Assembly (NCBI GenBank): GCA_964551135.1
Contig: CAZKAT010000005.1
Location: forward strand, 198,522-262,521
DNA: 64,000 nt
Reading direction: 5' to 3'
DNA from: an uncultured Gammaproteobacteria bacterium
Lineage (GTDB): Bacteria; Cyanobacteriota; Vampirovibrionia; LMEP-6097
Shown: piece after piece, positions 56,637 through 64,000 of the stretch
Layout of the letters: each line of letters starts with the position of its first letter
Position numbering within the stretch: position 1 is the first letter of the stretch
Translations under genes and position numbers: made by a program
Notes under the pieces: generated by a model
Databases searched by the model: none
Seen by the model: the letters and a program-made list of their open reading frames with translations, nothing else
What the model was told of the DNA's origin: nothing

Positions 56637-57581
56637 TTAAGGCAAATCTCTAAGAATATAGTAGTTCGCGATCTTGGTACCATCGAGATTTAAATGATCA
56701 GAGTCACTGAAATACCTCGAAGCTAGTTTAGATCTAAGATCTATATATCTCAATTCTGGATACATAACGTAGATTTCATTTCTTTTATTCTCAAACCATT
56801 GTAGATCGTATTTAGACTTATAAGCTTCCATAAAAGCATCGGTCATAGGTAAAGTGAGAATTACAATTTCTAGGTTTTTAGCTTTGGCTAATGCAATTAA
56901 TTTATGAAAATATATTTCTAGAGTTTTGTCGTAGTTTCCTTTAGGGAAGAGCTCTTGAACACGTTTCTCTGCTTTAGATATTTGTTCTGCTGGAATTAAT
57001 TTGGAGAAATCTTTATTCTCAGTTTCAATGCTCTTAAGCATTTGCTCTTCGTCAAGTTTCTTGCCACCAAAATAATTACTAATCACTTTGGACTTACCTA
57101 GATAAGGAAAAAATGTTCCTAGTGTGTAATTCTTGAGATGTCTAATGTAGTCAGGGTCTAGCTTGGACAATTCTATATAGTCAATGTAATCATTCCAATA
57201 ATAGAGATGAGACTTCTCGGAGAAATCATTCTTTGCAAAGCTATTGATGTTTAGGGGAATGATTATTGTTTTAATCTGATTGTTTTGCTCTAGAGCTTTC
57301 TTGAGCTTGTAGTAAGTTTGCATATAGTTCTCACCACCTGTAGCAAAATTAAAAATACCCAGTTTAGTATTCGTTGCTAGAACTTTCATATTATGCGAAT
57401 CACCAACCACTAAGGTTTGGATTTCAGGAATTGATTCATAGAAAGCCTTGTCCCTTAAAACTACACTGGTTTTAGCGCAGATGATGTTCTTGAAAAAATA
57501 ACTAGGAAGAAAAAGAAAAATAGCTATGTATAAAGCAGTAATAGTGATTCGATAAACATAGTTAGTTTTGGGGTTGTTCAT
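56637..57581 (-). CDS. Hypothetical membrane-anchored protein, possibly an SGNH/GDSL-like hydrolase.
   Basis: N-terminal transmembrane helix (ITITALYIAIFLFL). LVVGDSHN resembles the GDS(L) block I of SGNH hydrolases. Weak call. Confidence 0.3.
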   Translation of the reverse strand: MNNPKTNYVYRITITALYIAIFLFLPSYFFKNIICAKTSVVLRDKAFYESIPEIQTLVVGDSHNMKVLATNTKLGIFNFATGGENYMQTYYKLKKALEQNNQIKTIIIPLNINSFAKNDFSEKSHLYYWNDYIDYIELSKLDPDYIRHLKNYTLGTFFPYLGKSKVISNYFGGKKLDEEQMLKSIETENKDFSKLIPAEQISKAEKRVQELFPKGNYDKTLEIYFHKLIALAKAKNLEIVILTLPMTDAFMEAYKSKYDLQWFENKRNEIYVMYPELRYIDLRSKLASRYFSDSDHLNLDGTKIANYYILRDLP

Positions 57582-57637
57582 GTTCTTAATATTACTAGGG
57601 ATGATGAAACCAAAAGCATGCTATTATTTGACCCGTT

Positions 57638-59665
57638 ATGATAGGGAAGATAAGAGATGCATCTAGTGCAGCAATTAATTCACTGCCAGCTCAAACAGGA
57701 AAGAGTACTGGAATTGTAAATTCTCCAATTGTTACTGAAGATTTATTAAAATCCATTTCTGCAACTGAAGGATCAAAATCAGTTGCAGCTATATTAAACT
57801 TTCTTAGTCAACCTGTTGATCCTAAGAACTATACTCAAGCACTTGGTATTACAGAAGATCAAGCTCATATTTTTTATGATAATTTTTGGAATAGTAGTCG
57901 TATTGATAGAGAAAGTTTCTTTGAAAAATTAATTGAGAAACATGGGAGTAAGAAAAAGTTTTTTGAGGCTAACAATGGAGTTATAAAAAGTCTATTAGAT
58001 AGATTTTTCCCTAATGATCCTAAAATAAAAGCAATCGGACAACATGATGCTCAATTTATAATCACTCATGTTCATACTAATGCTTTAGCGGCAAGTCTGA
58101 TCTCTGGTCTGCTACAAGCTTTGCGTAATGATTCGTTAAATGCTAACAGATCTAAAGATACTCATATAAGATTTGGTCATAAGTTATGTGATTTTTTAAT
58201 AGAGATTGGTGGTACTAAATTAGCACAAGCATTACATAGCTTTAATGATACGAAGGCTCAGTGGAAAGAAGGTTTGGAGAAATCTAAATACGATGCTGAT
58301 CGACTTTCAGAAGGAGAGTTTAAAGAGCTTGCTGAAAAACTAATGAAAGCTAGTGGTCATGATGATTTATGGAAGAATATGACTATCGGTGAATTTATGG
58401 GTAGTGGAACCTATTTAGATACTAGGGAGATTACGTTAAATCAAGACTATAAATGTCAAAAATCGGAATATGCTAAAACCACAGCAGATCAGAAGTTTGT
58501 TTTACAGTTAGTCAAACCTCATACTATAAAGAGATCTCGAGAAATTTTTAATTTAGTAATAAGTCTAATTGAGAATGCTCAGAAAGTTAATAGTGGTGAT
58601 CTTGGTGGGACTATTCCAATGTCAGTCCTCTTGCCAATAATGGAACACTATAAAGCAATGTTGCCTGAAGAAACGAATTTAAATCTTGCTAAAAAGAAAG
58701 CACAAATTGCTGAAGCACTATATAGTGGTGTTAAAGTTCTAAGCAATGATATTAAAAATACAGAAGTAAGAACCCAGTTCTATGCAGCAGGAATGTATGA
58801 GAATGATGAGATGTTTAGAGTTAGTCGTAGAGTAGAAGGTGAGCATTTTGATGATTTTGCCAAAACATATAGAGAGACAAATCCTGCTCTTGTACGAGAA
58901 GTTGCTAAAGCGATTTTTCTAATAGAAATGTATTTTATTCTCTCTGGAAAACCTTTTGATCACGATAGGCACGGTCATAATCAAGGAGTAACTGTTGTGC
59001 CAAGTAAAGAAGGATCTAAGACTATATATACTGTAGTAGTAGGTAATTTTGATGAAAACGGTATTGCTAATCAAGCTCCATCAGATAAGGAGAAGGTACT
59101 ATTTGCAAATATTATAATGGATAGTATTGCAAATGCAGTTACCAATGGAATGGATATTAGGCCTTCTATTAAAAGAATTTTTGGTATTTTACAGAACAAG
59201 AAATTACAAGGCATTAGCAAAAGTGAATATGCAAATATAAATGCGTTTATTAAAGCGCTATTGTCTTTAACCGATTACACCAAATATATGGATCCTGTTG
59301 GTATAACGGATTTTAGACATGCTAGAGAAAGCTATCTGAGAATTGTTAAAGCTATTGTTGATACCGGTGATATAGATCCAGTGATGAAAGATGTTATAGC
59401 AAAAAGGTATAAGTCTATTCGTTTATTTGCAGGAATGGATAAACCCAAAGATACTACCGATGACCAAGTGATTCAAACTGAATCTCAACGTCATCAAGAT
59501 TTTTATCCTAAGCCAGCAACTAAATCTATGTGGGGTAGACCGATGTCTGTTGCTATGCGTTTTGTTGTTAACCGTGCTGCTACTGCTCTAAAATCTGAAC
59601 CTACTAATTATCAGTTTATTAAACCAAGTGGATATGATAAACGTTTGAGTCAGTTAGCATCTTAA
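57638..59665 (+). CDS. Hypothetical protein (orphan, 675 aa).
   Basis: Long ORF with no recognisable motif. Its stop codon sits inside a 30-bp perfect palindrome. Confidence 0.4.
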   Translation: MIGKIRDASSAAINSLPAQTGKSTGIVNSPIVTEDLLKSISATEGSKSVAAILNFLSQPVDPKNYTQALGITEDQAHIFYDNFWNSSRIDRESFFEKLIEKHGSKKKFFEANNGVIKSLLDRFFPNDPKIKAIGQHDAQFIITHVHTNALAASLISGLLQALRNDSLNANRSKDTHIRFGHKLCDFLIEIGGTKLAQALHSFNDTKAQWKEGLEKSKYDADRLSEGEFKELAEKLMKASGHDDLWKNMTIGEFMGSGTYLDTREITLNQDYKCQKSEYAKTTADQKFVLQLVKPHTIKRSREIFNLVISLIENAQKVNSGDLGGTIPMSVLLPIMEHYKAMLPEETNLNLAKKKAQIAEALYSGVKVLSNDIKNTEVRTQFYAAGMYENDEMFRVSRRVEGEHFDDFAKTYRETNPALVREVAKAIFLIEMYFILSGKPFDHDRHGHNQGVTVVPSKEGSKTIYTVVVGNFDENGIANQAPSDKEKVLFANIIMDSIANAVTNGMDIRPSIKRIFGILQNKKLQGISKSEYANINAFIKALLSLTDYTKYMDPVGITDFRHARESYLRIVKAIVDTGDIDPVMKDVIAKRYKSIRLFAGMDKPKDTTDDQVIQTESQRHQDFYPKPATKSMWGRPMSVAMRFVVNRAATALKSEPTNYQFIKPSGYDKRLSQLAS

Positions 59666-59690
59666 ATAGTTAAGTACTTAACTATTTAAG
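59661..59690. promoter_or_regulatory. Perfect 30-bp palindrome overlapping a stop codon, 38 nt upstream of the next gene. Candidate operator or protein-binding site.
   Basis: CTTAAATAGTTAAGTACTTAACTATTTAAG equals its own reverse complement, centred on GTAC. It is followed by the A-run ATAAAAAAAG. Confidence 0.45.
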
Positions 59691-59727
59691 ATAAAAAAAG
59701 ATTCGAAGTTCGTGTTAATATTATCTT

Positions 59728-61107
59728 ATGTCGGCAGGATTATTTATACAAACTATAGGTTCTGAAATAAAAAATATATGGGGTTTAGATCCTCTAGTTA
59801 AAAAGTATCTTACTCGTACTTTAAAACCTAGGGATAGAAGAAATATTGGAAAATTATCGGAGGGAACTTTAGAAAGACTTCATGCGATGGCAGCTAAAGG
59901 TGGGTTGGCTAAGGAATATAAATCGAAAGCAGCAGTAATTTTAGATGCATATGATCGACCTTCTATCAGCGATTTTGCAGATAAACAGTTTGATAAGTGG
60001 GGATATCACACTAGACCTAGTATAAAATCTGATCATAAATATTACGAACCTAAAATTGATGCTTTCAGATTGGGATATTTTCTAGGACTCGTTTCTAAGC
60101 CTCATAGAGCTAGCTTGGTAGATATAGATGACTGTATACAAATTATTAAGCATGCTACAGATTATAAAAATCCAAATCAATCTAATTCTGGAGACTTATC
60201 TCAATGGCAACAGAATCAGGGACCTCAATATCAACAACTCGTTCTAGCTGCTGAACGTATTCTTAAAGCTCATGGATTGCAAGATCGAGAAAAACTTTCT
60301 TGTCCAACACCGTTGATAGAGATTCCTGACGTCTCAGCAGCAGTAGAAAATGAACTAAGAGCTAAATTAGCTGCTGAGGCTAAGTGGGCAATAACAAGTT
60401 TAGATATGGCTATAGGTACTGCTAATACTACTAATGACTCTGTTGTTATACCTCTATCCTCTAATGTAACTGAATCTACTATAAGCTATTTAGGTTTTGG
60501 TAATGATGTTAATAGCTTCTTAGCTTATGTAAGAGATAAGGTTGTATTAGATTTAGGTTCTTCTGGAAATGCTGTTGCCAAATCCTTATATTTATTAGGT
60601 AATAATGCAAAAGTAATTAATGTTAACCCTAGCATGTTATCGCCAGAGATATTGAAAAAACACCAAGATCAAGTCACTTTAGAAAAATTAGGTTTTACTC
60701 CACAAACTGTTCCTTCAGACTATGCAGATAGATTTAAAGAAATAGATACTAATGAAACATTGTTTTGTCCTTGGTCAAATCTCAAGCCGGTACCAAATGA
60801 AAGTGTTGATGTCATTATTTCTAATGGAGCTTTGACACAATATGTTCTTGATGCTAAAGAACTATGCAAATCATTGAATGAAATTGCTAGAGTGCTGAAA
60901 CCGGGTGGTGAAGCTAGATTGAGTCCACTATTTTATGGATCTACTTCGATATCTGGTATTAAGCAATTTTGTATGCTAAAAGATTTTAAATCTATTATGA
61001 GAGAAAATGGAATAGATAAAAAGTTTGAAATTAAGGAAGTACCATTTAACTCTCTCTTGAGACCTCAAGACAAGTTTGTTTGTTTGGTTTTAAAGAAAAA
61101 GAAATAA
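59728..61107 (+). CDS. Hypothetical protein with a C-terminal class-I SAM-methyltransferase-like domain.
   Basis: VVLDLGSSGNAVAKSL (motif I-like), VIISNGALTQYV and ARVLKPGGEARL (motif III / post-III-like) in the last ~200 aa. The N-terminal 250 aa have no recognisable family. Confidence 0.45.
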   Translation: MSAGLFIQTIGSEIKNIWGLDPLVKKYLTRTLKPRDRRNIGKLSEGTLERLHAMAAKGGLAKEYKSKAAVILDAYDRPSISDFADKQFDKWGYHTRPSIKSDHKYYEPKIDAFRLGYFLGLVSKPHRASLVDIDDCIQIIKHATDYKNPNQSNSGDLSQWQQNQGPQYQQLVLAAERILKAHGLQDREKLSCPTPLIEIPDVSAAVENELRAKLAAEAKWAITSLDMAIGTANTTNDSVVIPLSSNVTESTISYLGFGNDVNSFLAYVRDKVVLDLGSSGNAVAKSLYLLGNNAKVINVNPSMLSPEILKKHQDQVTLEKLGFTPQTVPSDYADRFKEIDTNETLFCPWSNLKPVPNESVDVIISNGALTQYVLDAKELCKSLNEIARVLKPGGEARLSPLFYGSTSISGIKQFCMLKDFKSIMRENGIDKKFEIKEVPFNSLLRPQDKFVCLVLKKKK

Positions 61108-61321
61108 AAATAGCAAACCCCTGATAATTATCCTCTTTATAAGCTCGTATTGTAGTATCAATGAGTTTTCAGATTTTGGTGAGGGCTTGTAATTTCTAGT
61201 TCTTTTTATGCTATTATTTATCCCGAGATTATCATGAGTAGAATTAATAGAATTTAGCTTATTAATAAATGAAGTCATTTATATAAATAAAATTCTTACT
61301 CTGTATCCGTATTATCTGAAT

Positions 61322-62167
61322 ATGAATTCTCTGCAAATTCAATTTGTGACTACGAATGAGTTTACTCGTTTAAGAGGAGTAAATAGACATAGCCTGGGTA
61401 CTCACCCAAGTCAAATATATGATCCTAATCTGGTTAAGGGTTGGGCGGCAGCACATGCTGTGGTTAAATCTCGAGCTAACGGTGATGTAAATGATCCAGC
61501 CTATACTACGTTGGTGCAAGCTTGTACGGCTGGATTTTTAAGAGTTCGCTTGGGAATGGAAACTCATAGTCATATGATGCTTCATATTATGGGAGTTGAG
61601 TCTAAAGGTGAAGATCCTATAAAAATGGCTCGTAAGCAGTTACCAGAACTAGTTCAAAATTTTTTCAGTAATTTGGATTATTTAATACAACTAGCTAAGG
61701 ATAAAGGAGAAGTAATCTACATTGATTATGTTCCAGCTGGTTCAATAGAGCGTACAGAGGGAGAGTATCCTCTTGGTATTCCTGCACCTTCTCTTGATAA
61801 AGTTAAAACAAATAGTAAAGGTGTGCGTGAAGTTGTTGAAGAAGTCTTAGCTGAAGAGATTGGAAAATTTAAAAATAAAGCAATTGATTCCGAAGTTCGA
61901 ATTGTGGTTTCATCAAGTAAGTTTACGGGTCAAAAAAGTGTTATAAGAGAAGATCCAAGAGCGTTTGCTGTTGAGGCTGAAATTCCTGTGACTAATATGC
62001 ATTTTGATCCACAGACAAATATTCTTAGTCTTAATGCTCAGCGTAGTTTAATGAGTACAGATGGAACGAATATTCATCTTGGCGATGCTGCTGATAGGTC
62101 TCAGGTTATGAATCATTTCTCTAATGTAGAATTAGGATTGAATCATAATGTGTGCTTTGCGGCTTAA
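61322..62167 (+). CDS. Hypothetical protein.
   Basis: 281-aa ORF with no recognisable motif. Confidence 0.35.
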   Translation: MNSLQIQFVTTNEFTRLRGVNRHSLGTHPSQIYDPNLVKGWAAAHAVVKSRANGDVNDPAYTTLVQACTAGFLRVRLGMETHSHMMLHIMGVESKGEDPIKMARKQLPELVQNFFSNLDYLIQLAKDKGEVIYIDYVPAGSIERTEGEYPLGIPAPSLDKVKTNSKGVREVVEEVLAEEIGKFKNKAIDSEVRIVVSSSKFTGQKSVIREDPRAFAVEAEIPVTNMHFDPQTNILSLNAQRSLMSTDGTNIHLGDAADRSQVMNHFSNVELGLNHNVCFAA

Positions 62168-62216
62168 GAATGGGTACTTGTCGTGGCTAGACATTTTTAA
62201 AATTGCCAATACTTAA

Positions 62217-62268
62217 TTTTATACTCTACTACAAAAAACACCAGTGTTTTTTGTAGTAGAGTATAAAA
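62217..62268. promoter_or_regulatory. 52-bp near-perfect palindrome (25-bp arms with a 2-nt centre). It sits immediately upstream of an extended -10 element.
   Basis: TTTTATACTCTACTACAAAAAACAC-CA-GTGTTTTTTGTAGTAGAGTATAAAA. The arms 62217-62241 and 62244-62268 are exact reverse complements. TGGTATAAT (TGn-TATAAT) lies at 62272-62280. Confidence 0.5.
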
Positions 62269-62286
62269 AAGTGGTATAATATTCTT

Positions 62287-63471
62287 ATGTCTTGTAAGCG
62301 ACGGATTGAACAAGTTATATCTCAAGACTTGATGAAAAAGATGGTTATGCTTGCTGGACCGCGACAAAGTGGTAAAACAACGCTTGCTCTAGGGTTATTA
62401 AAAAAAAATAGTGGTCATTATTATAATTGGGATGATGATCAACATAAAGAATTAATTAGAAAAGGTGATTTAGATCAAAGTTCTAAACTTTGGATCTTTG
62501 ATGAGATTCATAAATATGCACGCTGGCGTAATTGGCTTAAAGGCAAATATGATTTATATCATGATCAGCATAAAATTCTTGTGACTGGCAGTGCTAAGTT
62601 GGATCTATACAATAGGGGTGGAGATTCTTTGCAAGGAAGATACTATTTTCACAGATTACATCCTTTCACTTTATCTGAACTTCAAAATATAAAAATTGCC
62701 AATACTATAGAAGAAATGATGTTAATGGAAAACTCTCCCAGAAAGGATTCTAGTTTAGATGATTTGATGCATTATGGTGGTTTCCCTGAGCCATTGTTTT
62801 CTAACTCAGAGAATGATGCTGCTCGTTGGCGAATAGCTTATGGCTATAGATTAATTAGAGAAGATATTCGTAGTTTGGAGAACATTATTCTGATTGATAA
62901 GATTCAAAATCTTTACGATCAGTTGCCTAGTACTATTGGTTCACCACTATCAATTAATAGTCTGCGAGAGGATTTGGAAGTCAATTTTAGGACGGCAAGT
63001 AATTGGATAGATATCTTTGATAAAAATTATGTTTCATTTAGAGTGCCTCCCTATGGTGCTCCTAAAATTAAGGCTGTTAAAAAAGAACAGAAATTATATC
63101 TTTGGGATTGGGCAAGAGTTGAAAAATCTTCAGCTAGATTTGAAAATCTTATTGCTATGCATCTTTTAAGGCTCTGCCATTGGTTCTTAGATGTAAATGG
63201 CAAAGAATATGAACTAAGATATTTTCGTGATACAGAGAAACGAGAAGTAGATTTTATTATTATGGACAAGAAAAAGCCTTTGATTGCAATAGAAGTAAAG
63301 GAAGCAGAGCAAGGATTGGATTCAAACTTAAAATACTTACTGGAAAGAGTGAAGATACCTTATGCTTTTCAGATTCATCTTAACGGCACTATGCATAAGC
63401 GTTTACCAGATATCAATGGTGCTCAATTATGGTTAATGCCGGCGGCTAAGTTTTTGGCTAATTTGCCGTAA
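62287..63471 (+). CDS. AAA+ ATPase of the DUF4143 family (AAA_14 + DUF4143).
   Basis: Walker A MLAGPRQSGKTTLA and Walker B-like IFDEIHK. Typical length of about 390 aa. The true start may be the internal Met at about 62332 (MKKMVMLAGP). Confidence 0.75.
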   Translation: MSCKRRIEQVISQDLMKKMVMLAGPRQSGKTTLALGLLKKNSGHYYNWDDDQHKELIRKGDLDQSSKLWIFDEIHKYARWRNWLKGKYDLYHDQHKILVTGSAKLDLYNRGGDSLQGRYYFHRLHPFTLSELQNIKIANTIEEMMLMENSPRKDSSLDDLMHYGGFPEPLFSNSENDAARWRIAYGYRLIREDIRSLENIILIDKIQNLYDQLPSTIGSPLSINSLREDLEVNFRTASNWIDIFDKNYVSFRVPPYGAPKIKAVKKEQKLYLWDWARVEKSSARFENLIAMHLLRLCHWFLDVNGKEYELRYFRDTEKREVDFIIMDKKKPLIAIEVKEAEQGLDSNLKYLLERVKIPYAFQIHLNGTMHKRLPDINGAQLWLMPAAKFLANLP

Positions 63472-63586
63472 GTATGGGGTTGTAGCTAGTTTTCGGATTT
63501 TGGTGAGGGATTGTAAGGGTTCGAACATTAAATATCTAACCAATATCATTGAAATTGCTACAATCTTTAATGAAGGGTAATAAATT

Positions 63587-63976
63587 ATGGATTTTAATGA
63601 ACCAGAATACAAGATTTTTATTGCATTAATTATATCTATTATTGGACACACTATCTCTTATGTAAACACTAAAATGGCACAAGTAGATCGCCAAAGTCTC
63701 CATCTAAATATTCTACAGGTTGTTATAAGTACGCTTTCTTTATTAATAGGATTAAGCTTTTGGGTTTGGTTATTTCTTTATATCTCTTGGTTTGCTCCTA
63801 TAGTTGCATTTGTAATTGGTTTTATTAGTTATTTAATTTTTGTTTTTATTGCAACACAAATGTATGGAGCTGATGGAATCAGGAAATTTTTATATGGATT
63901 TGTCTTAAGATATATTACATTGTTTGAAATTATAAATGCTGGATTGACTTTAATTTTGTGGTTTGGTGCAAGTTGA
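63587..63976 (+). CDS. Small hypothetical membrane protein.
   Basis: 129 aa with three or four hydrophobic helices. Confidence 0.3.
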   Translation: MDFNEPEYKIFIALIISIIGHTISYVNTKMAQVDRQSLHLNILQVVISTLSLLIGLSFWVWLFLYISWFAPIVAFVIGFISYLIFVFIATQMYGADGIRKFLYGFVLRYITLFEIINAGLTLILWFGAS

Positions 63977-64000
63977 ATCTCCTGGTTTCGTTTGAAAGCG

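Noticed and set aside
1-64000. Possible alternative genetic code with TGA recoded (code 4 or 25), suggested by the low GC and the giant ORFs.
   Set aside because: TGA ends the cupin gene at 24664-24666. All called ORFs close with TAA, TAG or TGA at expected lengths, with no stop-free anomalies. The standard code fits.
1-64000. CRISPR arrays, transposase or integrase genes, phage structural genes, rRNA and tRNA.
   Set aside because: I saw no regularly spaced direct repeats and no DDE or tyrosine-recombinase-like ORFs. There are no GC-rich blocks of tRNA or rRNA size. The only repeat-like DNAs are the palindromes and inverted-repeat elements reported above.

Overview
This is an AT-rich bacterial window (about one-third GC by eye). 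It uses the standard genetic code, with TGA read as a stop (for example at 24664-24666). It is densely coding, and I found no rRNA, tRNA, CRISPR array, transposase or integrase. The window splits into three parts.

(1) Positions 1-41.3 kb look like a cell-surface glycoconjugate and adhesin island.
- Two paralogous DPM1/ArnC-like GT2 glycosyltransferases lie in inverted orientation and bracket a tightly coupled module of a DHQS-like sugar-phosphate cyclase, an APH-like kinase, a nucleotidyltransferase and an SDR.
- Between them sits a 12.7-kb gene for a 4220-aa secreted giant protein. It carries PKD repeats (W-x-F-G-D-G motifs), a C-terminal transmembrane segment and a roughly 437-aa tail, and a small ORF follows it with a 1-nt spacer.
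- A secreted PKD / DUF2341-like / LamG-like protein is transcribed divergently from the giant gene.
- Downstream is an operon of a KdsC-like phosphatase, a GatZ-like protein, a GT2-like protein, a cupin and a nucleotidyltransferase::kinase fusion.
- There are three paralogous ~740-aa polytopic membrane proteins (one truncated at the window edge) plus a GT-C-like membrane protein.
- The island also holds two SAM methyltransferases, a split Rieske oxygenase, AsnB, an RmlA-like nucleotidyltransferase with a left-handed beta-helix domain, and a dTDP-glucose 4,6-dehydratase.

(2) Positions 42-54.6 kb encode an assimilatory sulfate-reduction and siroheme cluster: cysD, cysN (unfused), a ferredoxin-type sulfite reductase, an APS-reductase-type cysH (CC...CxxC), a sirC-like gene and cobA. 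A TrpC-like protein and a divergently transcribed archaeal-type CobT-like protein are embedded in it. Just upstream, between the DUF393 (DCC) and flavin-reductase genes, is a GC-rich MITE-like element with 21-bp inverted repeats. An IMPDH-family gene and maf follow.

(3) Positions 54.6-64 kb hold a run of orphan hypothetical proteins that could be effectors, one with a C-terminal SAM-methyltransferase fold. It contains two long perfect palindromes (30 bp and 52 bp), a 29-nt motif repeated after two different genes, and a DUF4143 AAA+ ATPase.

All functional calls are made by eye from motifs, with no database search. Family-level calls are reasonably safe. Substrates and pathway roles are inference.
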